NCBI GenBank assembly: GCA_038230095.1
Contig: JBBRNT010000001.1
Coordinates: 112,848 to 176,847, forward strand
Source of the DNA: Candidatus Saccharimonadia bacterium
GTDB taxonomy: Bacteria; Patescibacteriota; Saccharimonadia; UBA4664; JBBRNT01
DNA: 64,000 nucleotides
Direction of reading: 5' to 3'
The notes beneath the pieces are model-generated. The model was not told where the DNA came from. It saw only the letters and a program-made list of their open reading frames with translations, and searched no databases. Below, piece after piece: positions 63,278 through 64,000 of this stretch. Position 1 is the stretch's first letter; each line of letters opens with the position of its first letter. The translations under genes and the position numbers were made by a program.

Positions 63278-64000
63278 CTAGGCAGCAGCTGTGGCAAGAG
63301 CCTTGTGGTTCTGGACCATGAGGATGCTGAGGTCAGCTGGCGTAACCCCCTGAATGCGGCTAGCCTGGCCCATGGTGGTGGGTGCTACTTCGCTGAGGCG
63401 GATCCGGGCCTCATTGCGCAGGCTCGCCATGGTGGCGTAGTTGAGGCTTGTGGCGATAGGCTGGTGCTCCAGGTCACGGAGCTTCTCGGCGAACCGTAGT
63501 TGCTTGTCGAAGTAGCCAGAGTACTTGGCAGTAAGCTCTATCTGCTCATCTAGCTCAGTGCCGTAGTCGTCCAGCTCGTAGAGTGTACGCGTGTCGGCCA
63601 ATGATACCTCTGGGCGGGACAGGTATTTCCAGGCCGTGGTACGCTCATTATTAACGTGAAGAGTGGCCGATTTTAGCTGAGTACTAATATTGTTCAATGC
63701 CTGAATTTTGGCTTCTACACGGGATAATTCACTAGCTGGGAGTAATCCAATACGGGCACCAAGTGGTGATAAACGGAGATCGGCATTGTCGTTGCGAAGG
63801 AGCAGGCGATACTCCGATCGGGACGTGAACATACGGTAAGGCTCTACATGAACCTTGGTAACAAGGTCGTCGATGAGCACGCCAATGTAGGCCTGGTCAC
63901 GGCCGAGGATAATCGGCTCTAGGAGCTGAGTAGCGCGAGCAGCATTAATACCGGCCATAAGCCCCTGGGCAGCGGCCTCTTCGTACCCGGTGGTGCCATT
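63278..64000 (-). CDS. mnmG: tRNA uridine-5-carboxymethylaminomethyl modification enzyme MnmG (GidA), C-terminal part; continues beyond window end
   Basis: NGTTGYEEAAAQGLMAGINAARA and the downstream GidA C-terminal helical domain. The frame is open to position 64000. Confidence 0.9.
   Translation of the reverse strand, partial: NGTTGYEEAAAQGLMAGINAARATQLLEPIILGRDQAYIGVLIDDLVTKVHVEPYRMFTSRSEYRLLLRNDNADLRLSPLGARIGLLPASELSRVEAKIQALNNISTQLKSATLHVNNERTTAWKYLSRPEVSLADTRTLYELDDYGTELDEQIELTAKYSGYFDKQLRFAEKLRDLEHQPIATSLNYATMASLRNEARIRLSEVAPTTMGQASRIQGVTPADLSILMVQNHKALATAAA

Noticed and set aside
1-64000. CRISPR arrays, IS elements or transposases, rRNA genes
   Set aside because: No regularly spaced direct repeats, no transposase-like ORFs, and no rRNA-like conserved stretches were seen on either strand.

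Overview
Compact, almost fully coding bacterial chromosome fragment. It appears moderately GC-rich by eye and uses the standard genetic code; TGA terminates polA and several other genes. No rRNA gene, tRNA gene or CRISPR array was found.

Gene content is mainly housekeeping. There is a dnaG-rpoD macromolecular-synthesis pair, polA, mutM, holA, rpsT, truB, rpsO-pnp, RNase J, murB, ftsK, recA-recX, rpsF-ssb-rpsR, efp, tlyA, ychF, xerC/D and the 3' end of mnmG.

The largest block (49.5 to 60.4 kb) is a complete secretin-less type IV pilus locus: pilM-N-O, pilB, pilT, pilC, major pilin, prepilin peptidase and four minor pilins. Immediately upstream are two large signal-peptide proteins: a 1052-aa protein with tandem FW/NBR1-like Ig domains, and a 703-aa protein with three copies of an uncharacterised roughly 115-aa repeat plus a TolB/PD40-like C-terminus.

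Other items of interest:
- A roughly 1.3 kb ORF-poor stretch after rpoD that looks like two promoter-to-terminator units closed by paralogous GC hairpins; these are candidate ncRNAs.
- A recurring leaderless promoter architecture, (TGn)TAYAMT followed by 6-7 nt and then ATG, at at least seven genes.
- A sharply GC-richer two-gene cassette (about 21.0 to 22.1 kb) in which each gene is followed by a near-identical U-tract-less hairpin, suggesting horizontal acquisition.
- Unusual protein architectures: an RNase J with a roughly 160-aa Gly/Pro/Gln/Arg-rich N-terminal tail, an S20 with a histone-like Lys/Ala tail, a winged-helix-Nudix fusion, and a degenerate DHH phosphoesterase.

The combination of secretin-less T4P, many leaderless starts and a very small, streamlined gene set is consistent with a monoderm, reduced-genome lineage such as a Saccharibacteria-like CPR organism. 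This is an inference from gene content only.
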